A stretch of 41,860 bases of DNA, taken from contig CAIYWO010000101.1 in assembly GCA_903929925.1 (NCBI GenBank), forward strand, positions 1 to 41,860, read 5' to 3'. Position 1 is the stretch's first letter, and each line of letters starts with the position of its first letter. A program made the position numbers and the translations under genes. Below the pieces are notes generated by a model. The model was not told where the DNA came from and did not search any database. It saw only the letters and a list, made by a program, of their open reading frames with translations. Source of the stretch: an uncultured beta proteobacterium. GTDB lineage: Bacteria; Pseudomonadota; Gammaproteobacteria; Burkholderiales; Burkholderiaceae_B. Shown in pieces: positions 19,600-28,536 of the stretch.

Positions 19600-20673
19600 A
19601 TGAGCGCACACGCAGCACCAACGTCAACGAATAATCTACACATCGCAGCTTTCCATGCGATGCCTACGCCCCGAGTAGTTCAGGCCAAATTGCCACTCAC
19701 AGAGACGGCAGCCCAGACGGTGGCAAATGGTCGCGCAGAACTCGTTCGCATTCTCAAAGGTGAGGATAAACGGCGCTTCGTTGTAGTCGGACCGTGCTCC
19801 ATTCATGACCCAGTCGCCGGAATGGATTACGCGCGCCGACTTAAAGCACTCGCAACCGAGGTCTCAGATGTATTGATGATTGTGATGCGAGTTTATTTTG
19901 AAAAGCCACGTACAACGGTCGGCTGGAAGGGATACATTAACGACCCCCATATGGACGATACGTTCCGTATTGACGAGGGGATGTTACTTGCCCGGCAGTT
20001 TCTATTGGATGTGAATGAACTTGGCTTGCCCGCTGGCACCGAGGCGCTCGATCCAATTTCACCTCAATATTTAGGCGACTTGATCGCATGGAATGCGATC
20101 GGTGCGCGGACAACAGAGTCCCAAACGCATCGTGAGATGTCTTCAGGCCTGTCAACACCCGTCGGCTTTAAAAATGCAACAAATGGCGAGGTGGGTGTGG
20201 CGGTCAATGCCATTCTGTCTGCGTCTCGGCCGCATCGGTTCTTGGGGATCTCGGGTGATGGTCAAGTCTCAATTGTTCACACGACCGGAAACCCTTATGG
20301 CCACCTCGTGCTCAGAGGTGGTGATGGTCGCCCCAACTACGACACGGTATCCATCGCACTGGCAGAAGAGGGTTTGAAGAAGGCAAAGCTCACACCTAAT
20401 ATTGTGGTTGATTGCTCACATGCGAATAGCTACAAGAAGCCCGAGTTGCAGCCTTTGGTGATGTCGGATGTCGTGAGTCAGATTGTGGCTGGAAATCGCT
20501 CTGTGGTCGGCGTCATGATTGAGTCTAATATCGCTGCTGGCAACCAGTCCATTCAATCCGATCGTAGCAAAATGACTTATGGTTGTTCAGTGACAGATGG
20601 CTGTGTCGACTGGGATACGACGGCGACAATGATCCGAGAAGCTGCTGAGCGCTTACGTGGAGTGCTTGCTTAG
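19600..20673 (+). CDS. aroG: 3-deoxy-D-arabino-heptulosonate 7-phosphate synthase, class I alpha (feedback isoform not determinable)
   Basis: VVGPCSIHD, MRVYFEKPRTTVGWKG, IGARTTESQTHRE, VDCSHANS, YGCSVTDGC; start ATG 19600 (alternative GTG 19582). Confidence 0.93.
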   Translation: MSAHAAPTSTNNLHIAAFHAMPTPRVVQAKLPLTETAAQTVANGRAELVRILKGEDKRRFVVVGPCSIHDPVAGMDYARRLKALATEVSDVLMIVMRVYFEKPRTTVGWKGYINDPHMDDTFRIDEGMLLARQFLLDVNELGLPAGTEALDPISPQYLGDLIAWNAIGARTTESQTHREMSSGLSTPVGFKNATNGEVGVAVNAILSASRPHRFLGISGDGQVSIVHTTGNPYGHLVLRGGDGRPNYDTVSIALAEEGLKKAKLTPNIVVDCSHANSYKKPELQPLVMSDVVSQIVAGNRSVVGVMIESNIAAGNQSIQSDRSKMTYGCSVTDGCVDWDTTATMIREAAERLRGVLA

Positions 20674-20685
20674 AGCCAATCCCTG

Positions 20686-21546
20686 TTAGTCAAAACCGTA
20701 GAGTTCCGCTGGGTTAGTGACGAGTATCCGGTTGATTGCTGCGCCGTCGTCCGTCCAGCGAGTCATCAGGTCAAGTAATTTCGCATCATCCGGCTTGATG
20801 GTTTCTGTCGGGTGCGGCCAGTCGCTTCCCCATAGGATACGTTCAGGCGCAGTCCTGATCCAGTGTTTCGCAACCTCATCGATGTCGCGGAACTGGCCTT
20901 GTTCCCCAACCTGACTGTCCAGATAGGGGCCTGAGAGCTTTACCCAAGTCCGTCCGCGCTCAATCAGTGTTTGCATGAGTTGGACTGCCGGATGACTAAC
21001 CCCGGCAGGTTGAGGCAGTCTGGCCATGTGGTCGATGACGATCCGCGAGGGCAGGCGCTCGAGCATCGCTGCGTGCTCAATAAATTGATCAGCTGTCCAA
21101 TGCAGTTGTAAGTGCCAGCCATAGGGCTCAATACGGTGCGAAAGTTCCTCGACCATATCGAAGCTTGCCGCTGCATGTGTTGGGGTGTACAGCGAAAAAC
21201 GAATGCCACGTACTCCTGCCTTATCTAGCTCCCGGATGTGCGCATCGGTTACGTCGGTGCGCAGTACAGCGACGCCACGCGCGTTCTCGACACCAAGCTG
21301 CGCGATTGCATCGACAGTGACGCGATTATCTACGCCGTAACTGCGCGGCGTAACGATGATGGCACGCGTCGTTCCTAATCTTTTTTGGAGTTGACGGTAC
21401 TCGCTAACAGTTGCTTTCTCTAAGGCGTGGGCTGCGTCGACGACGGTGGGAAAGCGGGGGTCGTAGATATGCAAGTGCGAGTCGCAGGCGTGCGCAGGCA
21501 CCTGCAGAGTAGGGCGCTGCGTACCGGCTGTATTCGGAATATTCAT
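20686..21546 (-). CDS. Amidohydrolase-2 family protein (LigI/sugar-acid lactonase-like)
   Basis: ACDSHLHIY, YGVDN, GVRGIRF, VIDHMAR, WVKLSGPY, LWGSDWPHP, NPAELYGF. Confidence 0.88.
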   Translation of the reverse strand: MNIPNTAGTQRPTLQVPAHACDSHLHIYDPRFPTVVDAAHALEKATVSEYRQLQKRLGTTRAIIVTPRSYGVDNRVTVDAIAQLGVENARGVAVLRTDVTDAHIRELDKAGVRGIRFSLYTPTHAAASFDMVEELSHRIEPYGWHLQLHWTADQFIEHAAMLERLPSRIVIDHMARLPQPAGVSHPAVQLMQTLIERGRTWVKLSGPYLDSQVGEQGQFRDIDEVAKHWIRTAPERILWGSDWPHPTETIKPDDAKLLDLMTRWTDDGAAINRILVTNPAELYGFD

Positions 21547-22745
21547 TTCTTTTTAGACTGTTGTCGCAAGCGTGTTGCCTCGGCGCGGATCAGTTCGGTG
21601 TGTTGACCAAGCGTTGGTGCTGCGAAGGGGTCGGGACCCGGAGTGCGACTAAAGCGAAGAGAGCGCTTTAGCCCACGATACTGCCCAACGACAGGATGTT
21701 CAAACGTTGTAATCATGTCTTGGCTTTGGACTTGCGGGTGATCGAACATGTCCTCAACGCTTCGCGCCGCAGAACAGGGGACCTCTTCACCAAAAATGCT
21801 TTCCCACTCAAGTGCTGTCCTGTTGCTCAGTGCGCGGTGAATGATTGGAACGATTTCCGCTTGATGCGCAGCGCGTTTGCGCACGGTGTCGTAGCGCTCG
21901 TCCGCAGACAACTCGCTCAAACCCAACTTTTGGCATAAGGCAGTCCAGAAATGGGGGGTATTCGCTGAAATATATAGATAGCCTTCTTTTGTTGGATGCA
22001 GGCCGGTGATTCCACCGGAGCGCATATCGCGCCCCACATCGCGCCCCTCGTTCTCTGCCCAGACGAGCCGAGCGGATTGCAGAGTCATCGCAGCAGACAG
22101 TAAGGAAACACTCACGAATTGTCCCTCTCCAGAGCGTTCGCGCTCAAAGAGTGCCGAGGACACAGCGCCAGCAACGAGGGCAGAGGCGTAATAGTCGACA
22201 ATAGATCCGTACAAGATCTCTGGAGGGCCATCCTTTTTACCCTGCAGCGTACACATCCCAGTCATCGTCTGTAGAACTTGATCAAAGCCTGCTTTATCTT
22301 TAAGTGGGCCCGTCTCACCGTACCCGCTGACTGTGCAGTAGATCAGTCTGGGGTTAAGTGCCTTGAGTTGTTCGTAGCCGATCCCAATGCGCGGAGCCAC
22401 GGTTGGTCGGAAGTTGTGTACCAACACATCAGCGCTTTCAATCAAGGTCAGCAGCGTGGCAAGATCGTCAGCTTGTTTCACGTCAAGGACTGCGGATAGC
22501 TTGCTGCGATTAACGCCCAAGAATGCTCTGCTTTCTGACTCGAGCGTTGAGGGGTACTTGCGTAAGTTATCACCCATAGGTGGTTCGATCTTGATGATCT
22601 CAGCACCTTGGTCGGCGAGCAGTGAGCAGGCATAAGGCCCAGCGATGTACGCTGACATATCCACGACACGAACGCCAGAGAGTGGCCCTGAAGCGCCGCG
22701 GCGGGCAGGCAGTTCGGACTGCGCTTGCGAGGATTGAGTTTTCAT
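21543..22745 (-). CDS. Family III (CaiB/BaiF) CoA-transferase
   Basis: GPLSGVRVVD, AGPY---LLAD-GAEIIKIE, NRSK, ADVLVHNFRP, SGYGETGP, SIVDY (catalytic Asp), APTLGQHT. Confidence 0.92.
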   Translation of the reverse strand: MKTQSSQAQSELPARRGASGPLSGVRVVDMSAYIAGPYACSLLADQGAEIIKIEPPMGDNLRKYPSTLESESRAFLGVNRSKLSAVLDVKQADDLATLLTLIESADVLVHNFRPTVAPRIGIGYEQLKALNPRLIYCTVSGYGETGPLKDKAGFDQVLQTMTGMCTLQGKKDGPPEILYGSIVDYYASALVAGAVSSALFERERSGEGQFVSVSLLSAAMTLQSARLVWAENEGRDVGRDMRSGGITGLHPTKEGYLYISANTPHFWTALCQKLGLSELSADERYDTVRKRAAHQAEIVPIIHRALSNRTALEWESIFGEEVPCSAARSVEDMFDHPQVQSQDMITTFEHPVVGQYRGLKRSLRFSRTPGPDPFAAPTLGQHTELIRAEATRLRQQSKKK

Positions 22746-22754
22746 ACTCCGTCT

Positions 22755-23732
22755 TTAATCTGCTTGGATGTTGGCGCTTTGCGCAATCGTTTTCCAACGC
22801 TCGAGTTCAGTTACCAAATGGTTTGCAAACGCATCTGAACTCATCGCGACCGGAGAGGCTCCTTCCTTCACAAAAAACGACTTCATTGCCTCGGAGGTGA
22901 TGATCTGGTTAATCGCTTTATTGAGTTTATCGACGACTGGTTTTGGTGTACCTGCTGGTGCAAGAACACCCCACCAGAGATCTACAGCCGCTTTTGGATA
23001 GCCCGATTCTTTAAGCCCACGGATCTCTGGCGCGACCTCGGAGCGCTCCACGGTAGTGACACCTAGGGCGCGAATCTTTTCAGCCTTGACCTGTGATAAC
23101 AAAGAAGGTGCGCTTGCGATGATCATGTCGATTTGTCCGCCAAGCAAGTCCGTCACAGCAGGACCCATGCCTTTGTAAGGCACATGCGTCATTTTGATAT
23201 CGGCCGCCTCGGCGAGGAGCTCGGAGGCAAATTGGTTAATGCTGCCGACACCAGAGGTTCCATAGTTGAGTTTGCCTGGATTGGCCTTCGCGAATTTGAC
23301 GAGGTCCTCCAACGTTTTGTAAGACGTGCCATTGCCCACTGTGATCAGCATCGGACCCTTGGCCAACATGGCGATGGGTGTAAAACTCTTGATCGCGTCA
23401 TATTGAAGATTTTTGCGGACTGCAGCACCTGTCGTAAATGTGGAAGACAACACAACTAAGGTATAGCCGTCTGGCGCTGCTTTGGCTAACAAAACGTTTG
23501 CCAAAATGCCGCCCGCTGCAGGCTTGTTTTCTACGACAACCGATACGCCAAGAACTTCCTGTAGCTGTTTGCCAATCACCCGCGCAAAGATATCGTTTGA
23601 GCCACCTGGGGCGCTCCCCACGAGGAGTGTGATGGGCTTGGTGGGGAAGTCTGTCTGAGCGCTGGCCGTTCCCATCACTGTTACAAATAAGAGTGTGGTG
23701 AGTGCACGCATGTATTTTGCCGAAATAAACAT
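22755..23732 (-). CDS. Bug/TctC substrate-binding protein
   Basis: FPTKPITLLVGSAPGGSND, ENKPAAGG, PDGYTL, HVPYKGMGPA. Confidence 0.92.
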   Translation of the reverse strand: MFISAKYMRALTTLLFVTVMGTASAQTDFPTKPITLLVGSAPGGSNDIFARVIGKQLQEVLGVSVVVENKPAAGGILANVLLAKAAPDGYTLVVLSSTFTTGAAVRKNLQYDAIKSFTPIAMLAKGPMLITVGNGTSYKTLEDLVKFAKANPGKLNYGTSGVGSINQFASELLAEAADIKMTHVPYKGMGPAVTDLLGGQIDMIIASAPSLLSQVKAEKIRALGVTTVERSEVAPEIRGLKESGYPKAAVDLWWGVLAPAGTPKPVVDKLNKAINQIITSEAMKSFFVKEGASPVAMSSDAFANHLVTELERWKTIAQSANIQAD

Positions 23733-23762
23733 AGATTTTTTCCTTGATGAGTGTCGGGCGTA

Positions 23763-24641
23763 TTAAGGGATCAAGCCCATGCTTTTCGCATTGGCCACAA
23801 GCGCTTGTGCGCTCCTTAAAAAGGGTGGGTCGATCATTTTTCCATCTACAACGTAGGCGCCAACGCCATCCGCTTCAGCTTGCGTGGCAGCTTCCACTAC
23901 ACGCAATGCGTGTGCGATCGCTTCGTCGCTGGGCCTGAAGGCTTCGTTTGCCATTACAACTTGGCTAGGATGAATGCATGTCTTGCCGGTGTAACCGAGT
24001 CGGGCAGCGAAACCTGCTTCGTGCTTGAAGCCATCCGCATTTTTGATGTCCGCGTATGCGGCATCAAAAGCGGCGACACCCGCTTCGGCGGCCGCCATTT
24101 TCATTTCCATCATGGCGTACTGCACAGCAAAAAGCTCTTTGCGTGATACGGCGATGGGTTCGAAGAGGTCCGCAAGTCCGAGCTGAAGTCCTGCGACACG
24201 AGGATGCGCACTTGCAAGTTCGTAGGCTGTGCGCAGAGCTTTGGGTGTCTCGACGTTTAACAATACTTTGATTGGAGTCTGCCCATCTTCATTCACGCTA
24301 TTTTGTCGTTCTGCTTGTTCGATCAACTTAATGGCTTGGCAGACTGCTTCAGCGCTATCTGGTTTTGGGATGTTAATCATGTCGAGGCCAGCGCGAACAA
24401 CTTGAGCAATATCTTGTTCAAAAAACCGAGTGTCCATCGCGTTGACGCGAACGATCACACACTTTTTCGTTTCGCATGCCGCAGGGGAAGCCATCCATTC
24501 CGCGAGGGTCAGACGCGCGCTCTCCTTCTTGGATTCCGCAACTGCATCTTCGAGGTCAAAGGATAGGGCGTCGGCGGAACTTGCAAGTGCTTTGTCAAAA
24601 AGCTCTGGTCGTGAACCGGGTACAAAAAGTTTGCTTCGCAT
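23763..24641 (-). CDS. CitE-like CoA-ester lyase
   Basis: MRSKLFVPG, ADALSFDLEDAV, VRVN, NVETP, GKTCIHPSQV, VDGKMIDPP. Confidence 0.9.
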   Translation of the reverse strand: MRSKLFVPGSRPELFDKALASSADALSFDLEDAVAESKKESARLTLAEWMASPAACETKKCVIVRVNAMDTRFFEQDIAQVVRAGLDMINIPKPDSAEAVCQAIKLIEQAERQNSVNEDGQTPIKVLLNVETPKALRTAYELASAHPRVAGLQLGLADLFEPIAVSRKELFAVQYAMMEMKMAAAEAGVAAFDAAYADIKNADGFKHEAGFAARLGYTGKTCIHPSQVVMANEAFRPSDEAIAHALRVVEAATQAEADGVGAYVVDGKMIDPPFLRSAQALVANAKSMGLIP

Positions 24642-24714
24642 AGAGGGGGCTCGTTATTTGCTTCGCCGCAGCGGCGTTTGTCTAACTATAGTGGATCAGA
24701 AAATCCGCATTAAT

Positions 24715-24733
24715 CTTGCTGCGGTGCAGCAAG
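24715..24733. promoter_or_regulatory. Perfect 8-3-8 palindrome in divergent promoter region, candidate operator
   Basis: CTTGCTGC-GGT-GCAGCAAG; core CTGC-N3-GCAG matches the described PhaR-type motif. Confidence 0.55.
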
Positions 24734-24828
24734 GTAGGTGGCTGATAAGGAAATATGATTTTCAGGTCCGCCAGGCTGTAGTATTCCAACATCAAACTGA
24801 ACCGTTGAAATAACCAATCGGAGATCCG

Positions 24829-25815
24829 ATGAACTTGAATAAACTTATGCAAGCAGGCTTGGTCGTTGCATCCTTTGGCGTTGCATCATTCGCTCATGCG
24901 CAGGCGACGGCTCCCGCAGCTTACCCATCTAAGCCGATTCGTCTGTTGGTTGGCTTTGCCCCTGGCGGCGGCACGGATTCAGCGGCACGTACGATTGCCG
25001 TCAAGCTCTCGGAGTTGGTTGGCCAGACGGTAGTGGTGGACAATCGTCCCGGAGCGGGTGGGAATATTGCAGCGGACGCAGTGGCGAACGCCGCACCTGA
25101 CGGCTACACGATAGGCTTGGCTAACATCGGCTCGCTTGCAGTCAATCCACACATGCCTGACGGCACGCCATACAAGACACTGAAAGACTTTGCCATGATC
25201 ACCAATGGCGTCACATTTGGGAATATTTTGGTGGTACGCACCGATTCCAGCATCAAAACATTGGCGGACTACATCGCTGCGGCGAAAAATAAAAACAAAC
25301 CATTGTTTTATGGCTCGCCGGGATTGGGTAGCGCGGGCCACCTTGCTGGCGAACTATTGCAGGCACGCACAGGCACGTCGGCTGAGCACATCAATTACAA
25401 AGGTGGCGGCCCTGCCATGACGGCTCTGTTGGCGGGTGATATTCAAGCGATTTTCGCAAGCGCACCGACGGCGATCCCGCAAATTAAGGGTGGAAAATTA
25501 AGGGCAATCGCGGTGACGGGCGAGAAGCGCGCTCAAGCGTTGCCTGATGTCCCGACAGTCGCCGAGCTCGGGTTTCCCGGATATCAAGCAACAAACTGGT
25601 ATAGCTTTATAGCGCCAGCACGCACTCCTGATGCGATCGTTAAAAAGCTTAACGAGGCTTTGGTCGCTGCATTACGTGATCCCAAAACGATTGAACGTTT
25701 AGAGACTTCGGCGATGGAGCCTGATCCCGGCACCCCTGAGCAGATGCGTGCGTTCGTAGAGAAAGAGTACGAGACGTGGGGCGATGTCGTCCGTAAATTA
25801 AATTTAAAGCGTTAA
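24829..25815 (+). CDS. Bug/TctC substrate-binding protein
   Basis: Signal peptide (AHAQA), YPSKPIRLLVGFAPGGGTD, DNRPGAGG, PDGYT, HINYKGGGPA. Confidence 0.92.
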   Translation: MNLNKLMQAGLVVASFGVASFAHAQATAPAAYPSKPIRLLVGFAPGGGTDSAARTIAVKLSELVGQTVVVDNRPGAGGNIAADAVANAAPDGYTIGLANIGSLAVNPHMPDGTPYKTLKDFAMITNGVTFGNILVVRTDSSIKTLADYIAAAKNKNKPLFYGSPGLGSAGHLAGELLQARTGTSAEHINYKGGGPAMTALLAGDIQAIFASAPTAIPQIKGGKLRAIAVTGEKRAQALPDVPTVAELGFPGYQATNWYSFIAPARTPDAIVKKLNEALVAALRDPKTIERLETSAMEPDPGTPEQMRAFVEKEYETWGDVVRKLNLKR

Positions 25816-25820
25816 GTCAC

Positions 25821-27104
25821 ATGGCCTCTACGATTGTTGAAAAAATTCTAGCGAAACACGCTGGGCGAGAATCAGTCCGTGCGGGAGAGGTTGTTGTCGC
25901 AAATATCGATTTCGCAATGGTGACGGACACGCGCGCGGTCAACACCATCAAAATGATCGGTAAATTTGGCGACCAGCCGTTGCAGTTTGCAAAAAATACT
26001 GCACTCGTGCTTGATCATTATTCGCCTCCGCCAAACCTGGAGGCGGCGCAAATCCACACTGAAATGCGCAGCTTCGCTGCCGAGCGCGGCACCAAGCTCT
26101 ATGACATTGGTGACGGCATTTGTCATCAGGTGTTGCCAGAAGGTGGGCATTTGACTTGTGGGGATCTTGTTGTTGGCACAGATACGCACTCTGTGACGTA
26201 CGGTGCGTTCAATGCCTTGGGTACGGGCATTGAGGGAACCGACGTCTCAGCGGTCATGATGAGCAGCAAACTCTGGTTTCGTGTTCCTCACACGGTTCGC
26301 ATTAATCTCCAGGGGCGTCTTGCTCCAGGCGTGTGGGCCAAAGACATCACGCTTGCAATGTTGGGGCGCTTCAAAGCAGAGGGTCTCAACGATATAGCGA
26401 TTGAATATGTCGGGGAAGCCGTGGCGGCGATGGACATTGATGATCGGATGACGCTGTGTAACCATGCGGCTGAATTGGGTGCAATGGCGGCGATTCTGGA
26501 GGCCGATGAGAAGACGTTTGCCTGGTTGCGGGCCCATGGTGCCAAGGAGCCGTCTCCAGTTGTGGCTGATCCCGACGCCCAGTACCTAGAGAAAATCGAT
26601 TTTGATGTGTCGAGCCTCGTGCCACAGCTCGCGCGTAAGCATGAAGTGGATGACATCGTTTCTGTCACAGAGGTTATCGGCCAGAAGATCCAATTCGCGC
26701 TGATTGGTACCTGTACGAACGGTCGTCTGGACGATATTCGTCAGGCTGCAGCCATTCTTCGTGGAAAAAAATTGGCTGCTGGTGTTCGCATGATCGTGAC
26801 ACCTGCGTCGCGTCAAATTTACTTAGCGGCCTTAAAGGAAGGGCTGATCGAGGTGTTTGCAAATGCTGGCGCTTCGTTTGAGTCGGCGGGCTGCGGCACC
26901 TGCGTAGGAATTACGAACCGCTTGGTACCGGGTGACGGTGACACGGTAATCTCAACTGCCAACAGAAACTTTAAAGGTCGCTTGAGTAACAAAAATGCGG
27001 ATATCTGGTTGGGCTCGGCTGCAACGGTGGCGGCTTCTGCGTTGACCGGATACATCACTGATCCGCGGGATGTCGTCGGCGGAACTTGGAGGGCTGTAGC
27101 ATGA
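25821..27104 (+). CDS. Aconitase-family [4Fe-4S] hydratase large subunit (LeuC/HacA/DmdA-like)
   Basis: TIVEKILAKH, LDH, GICHQV, IGTCTNGR and GCGTCVG (three cluster cysteines), STANRNFKGR. Confidence 0.9.
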   Translation: MASTIVEKILAKHAGRESVRAGEVVVANIDFAMVTDTRAVNTIKMIGKFGDQPLQFAKNTALVLDHYSPPPNLEAAQIHTEMRSFAAERGTKLYDIGDGICHQVLPEGGHLTCGDLVVGTDTHSVTYGAFNALGTGIEGTDVSAVMMSSKLWFRVPHTVRINLQGRLAPGVWAKDITLAMLGRFKAEGLNDIAIEYVGEAVAAMDIDDRMTLCNHAAELGAMAAILEADEKTFAWLRAHGAKEPSPVVADPDAQYLEKIDFDVSSLVPQLARKHEVDDIVSVTEVIGQKIQFALIGTCTNGRLDDIRQAAAILRGKKLAAGVRMIVTPASRQIYLAALKEGLIEVFANAGASFESAGCGTCVGITNRLVPGDGDTVISTANRNFKGRLSNKNADIWLGSAATVAASALTGYITDPRDVVGGTWRAVA

Positions 27105-27619
27105 TGACGGCGCATACGTTACAGGTTGTAGGTCCAAGCTTTTTGCTAGGCGACGATGTCAATACAGACATCAATTGTTCAAACAAGTACTTACCTGGCA
27201 AGGATGTCGCTTACGTTGCGCAGCATGCCTTTGAGCAACTTTCACCCAAGCTTGCGGCTGAAGTGCAGGCCAGCGCTGGTGGCATTTTGGTTGCGGGCCA
27301 TCACTTTGGAATTAATTCATCGCGCGAACAGGCGACCCATGTGTTGCATGCGATGAATATCCGGGCTGTTGTGGCGAAGTCGTTTGGTCGGCAATTTTTT
27401 CGCAATGCGATTAATAATGGGTTGCCTGTCTTTGAATGCGATACAGATCAGATCGCCAGTGGAGAGATGATCAGCATCAATTTCGGGGCTGGGGAGCTCA
27501 CGGTGGCAGGACGCAAGGTGCAGCAAGCCCATCCGTTGCCACGAGAGATTCTGGCGATTTTGTCGCTGGGCGGATTGATCCCTTTCCTAAAAAAATATCC
27601 TGATTGGAAGTTTGCATGA
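27101..27619 (+). CDS. Aconitase-family hydratase small subunit (LeuD/HacB/DmdB-like)
   Basis: GDDVNTD, FGINSSREQA, AKSFGRQFFRNAINNGLP, GGLI; GGAGG RBS and ATGA overlap support start 27101. Confidence 0.9.
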   Translation: MMTAHTLQVVGPSFLLGDDVNTDINCSNKYLPGKDVAYVAQHAFEQLSPKLAAEVQASAGGILVAGHHFGINSSREQATHVLHAMNIRAVVAKSFGRQFFRNAINNGLPVFECDTDQIASGEMISINFGAGELTVAGRKVQQAHPLPREILAILSLGGLIPFLKKYPDWKFA

Positions 27620-28509
27620 CGAATGTCACCGCCACACAAAAACGACGTGCTTTGCGTGACCTATTAAAAGGAGCGCAGGCAGTGCGTGCTCCGGGTATCT
27701 ATGACGGCTATGGTGCGCGTTTAGTCGAGCAAGCAGGTTTCTCTGCCGTCTACATGACAGGTAATGGCGTATCGGCAAGTTTGCTTGGGCGCCCAGATGT
27801 GGGCTTAATTGATCTGACACTCATGACAGATCACGCTCGGCGCGTGGCGGGTTCTGTGAGCATCCCTCTGATTTGTGATGCCGACACAGGCTATGGCAAT
27901 GTTGTGAATGTGCGACGTACGATTGCTGAGTTTGAAGCTGCGGGCGTGGCTGCTATACATATGGAAGACCAGATCTCACCGAAGCGCTGCGCGCAGATGC
28001 CGGGTGATCGATCTGTATTGGATTTTGATGATGCAGTGTCAAAAATCGCCGCTGCAAGCGCGGCGCGTTCTGATGCTGAATTTGTTCTGATTGCGCGTAC
28101 AGACTCTGCAGGCGCGCTTGGCTTGGCCGAGGCAATCCGACGCGTGCGCGCTTTCGCACAAGAGGGTGCTGATGCAGTGTTTGTTGAGCTCAAGGCGAGT
28201 CCCTCGCTTCTGGAAGACATTGCGGCGATAAAAGCTGCAGTCAATGTCCCAGTTGTGGTCAACATGGACAGCGGTGGTGCCTTAGCCGGACTGTCGTTTG
28301 ATGCGATGAAGGCTGCTGGGATAGACCTTGGTATTTATCCGGCGATGGCGCGTGGTGCCTTTGGTTTTGCGATGACTGCTGCGTTAGGTCATTTGTCGAA
28401 GGAAGGGAATATGAAAGGTTTTGCTGGGCAGATGTTTAACTCCGCCCAGTACAACGCGGCGCTTGGTATTGATGAAATCGAAGCATGGGAAAAGCGCTTC
28501 GATCGCTAG
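27616..28509 (+). CDS. Isocitrate lyase/PEP mutase superfamily C-C lyase (PrpB/2,3-dimethylmalate lyase-like)
   Basis: APGIYD, GRPDVG, DADTGYG, HMEDQISPKRC, IARTD, GADAVFVE; ATGA overlap supports start 27616. Confidence 0.88.
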   Translation: MTNVTATQKRRALRDLLKGAQAVRAPGIYDGYGARLVEQAGFSAVYMTGNGVSASLLGRPDVGLIDLTLMTDHARRVAGSVSIPLICDADTGYGNVVNVRRTIAEFEAAGVAAIHMEDQISPKRCAQMPGDRSVLDFDDAVSKIAAASAARSDAEFVLIARTDSAGALGLAEAIRRVRAFAQEGADAVFVELKASPSLLEDIAAIKAAVNVPVVVNMDSGGALAGLSFDAMKAAGIDLGIYPAMARGAFGFAMTAALGHLSKEGNMKGFAGQMFNSAQYNAALGIDEIEAWEKRFDR

Positions 28510-28536
28510 TCCCGAGCTCCTCTACTTACGACAATA

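Noticed and set aside
24430-24813. 127-aa ORF across the divergent promoter as the missing regulator
   Set aside because: Mostly antisense to the CitE-like gene; no helix-turn-helix features
25821-27619. Calling these genes leuC/leuD of leucine biosynthesis
   Set aside because: No leuB, short HacA/DmdA-like length, altered motifs and catabolic neighbours
27616-28509. Calling this aceA to complete a glyoxylate shunt with glcB, or prpB
   Set aside because: Too short for AceA, lacks K[KR]CGH, and no prpC/prpD nearby
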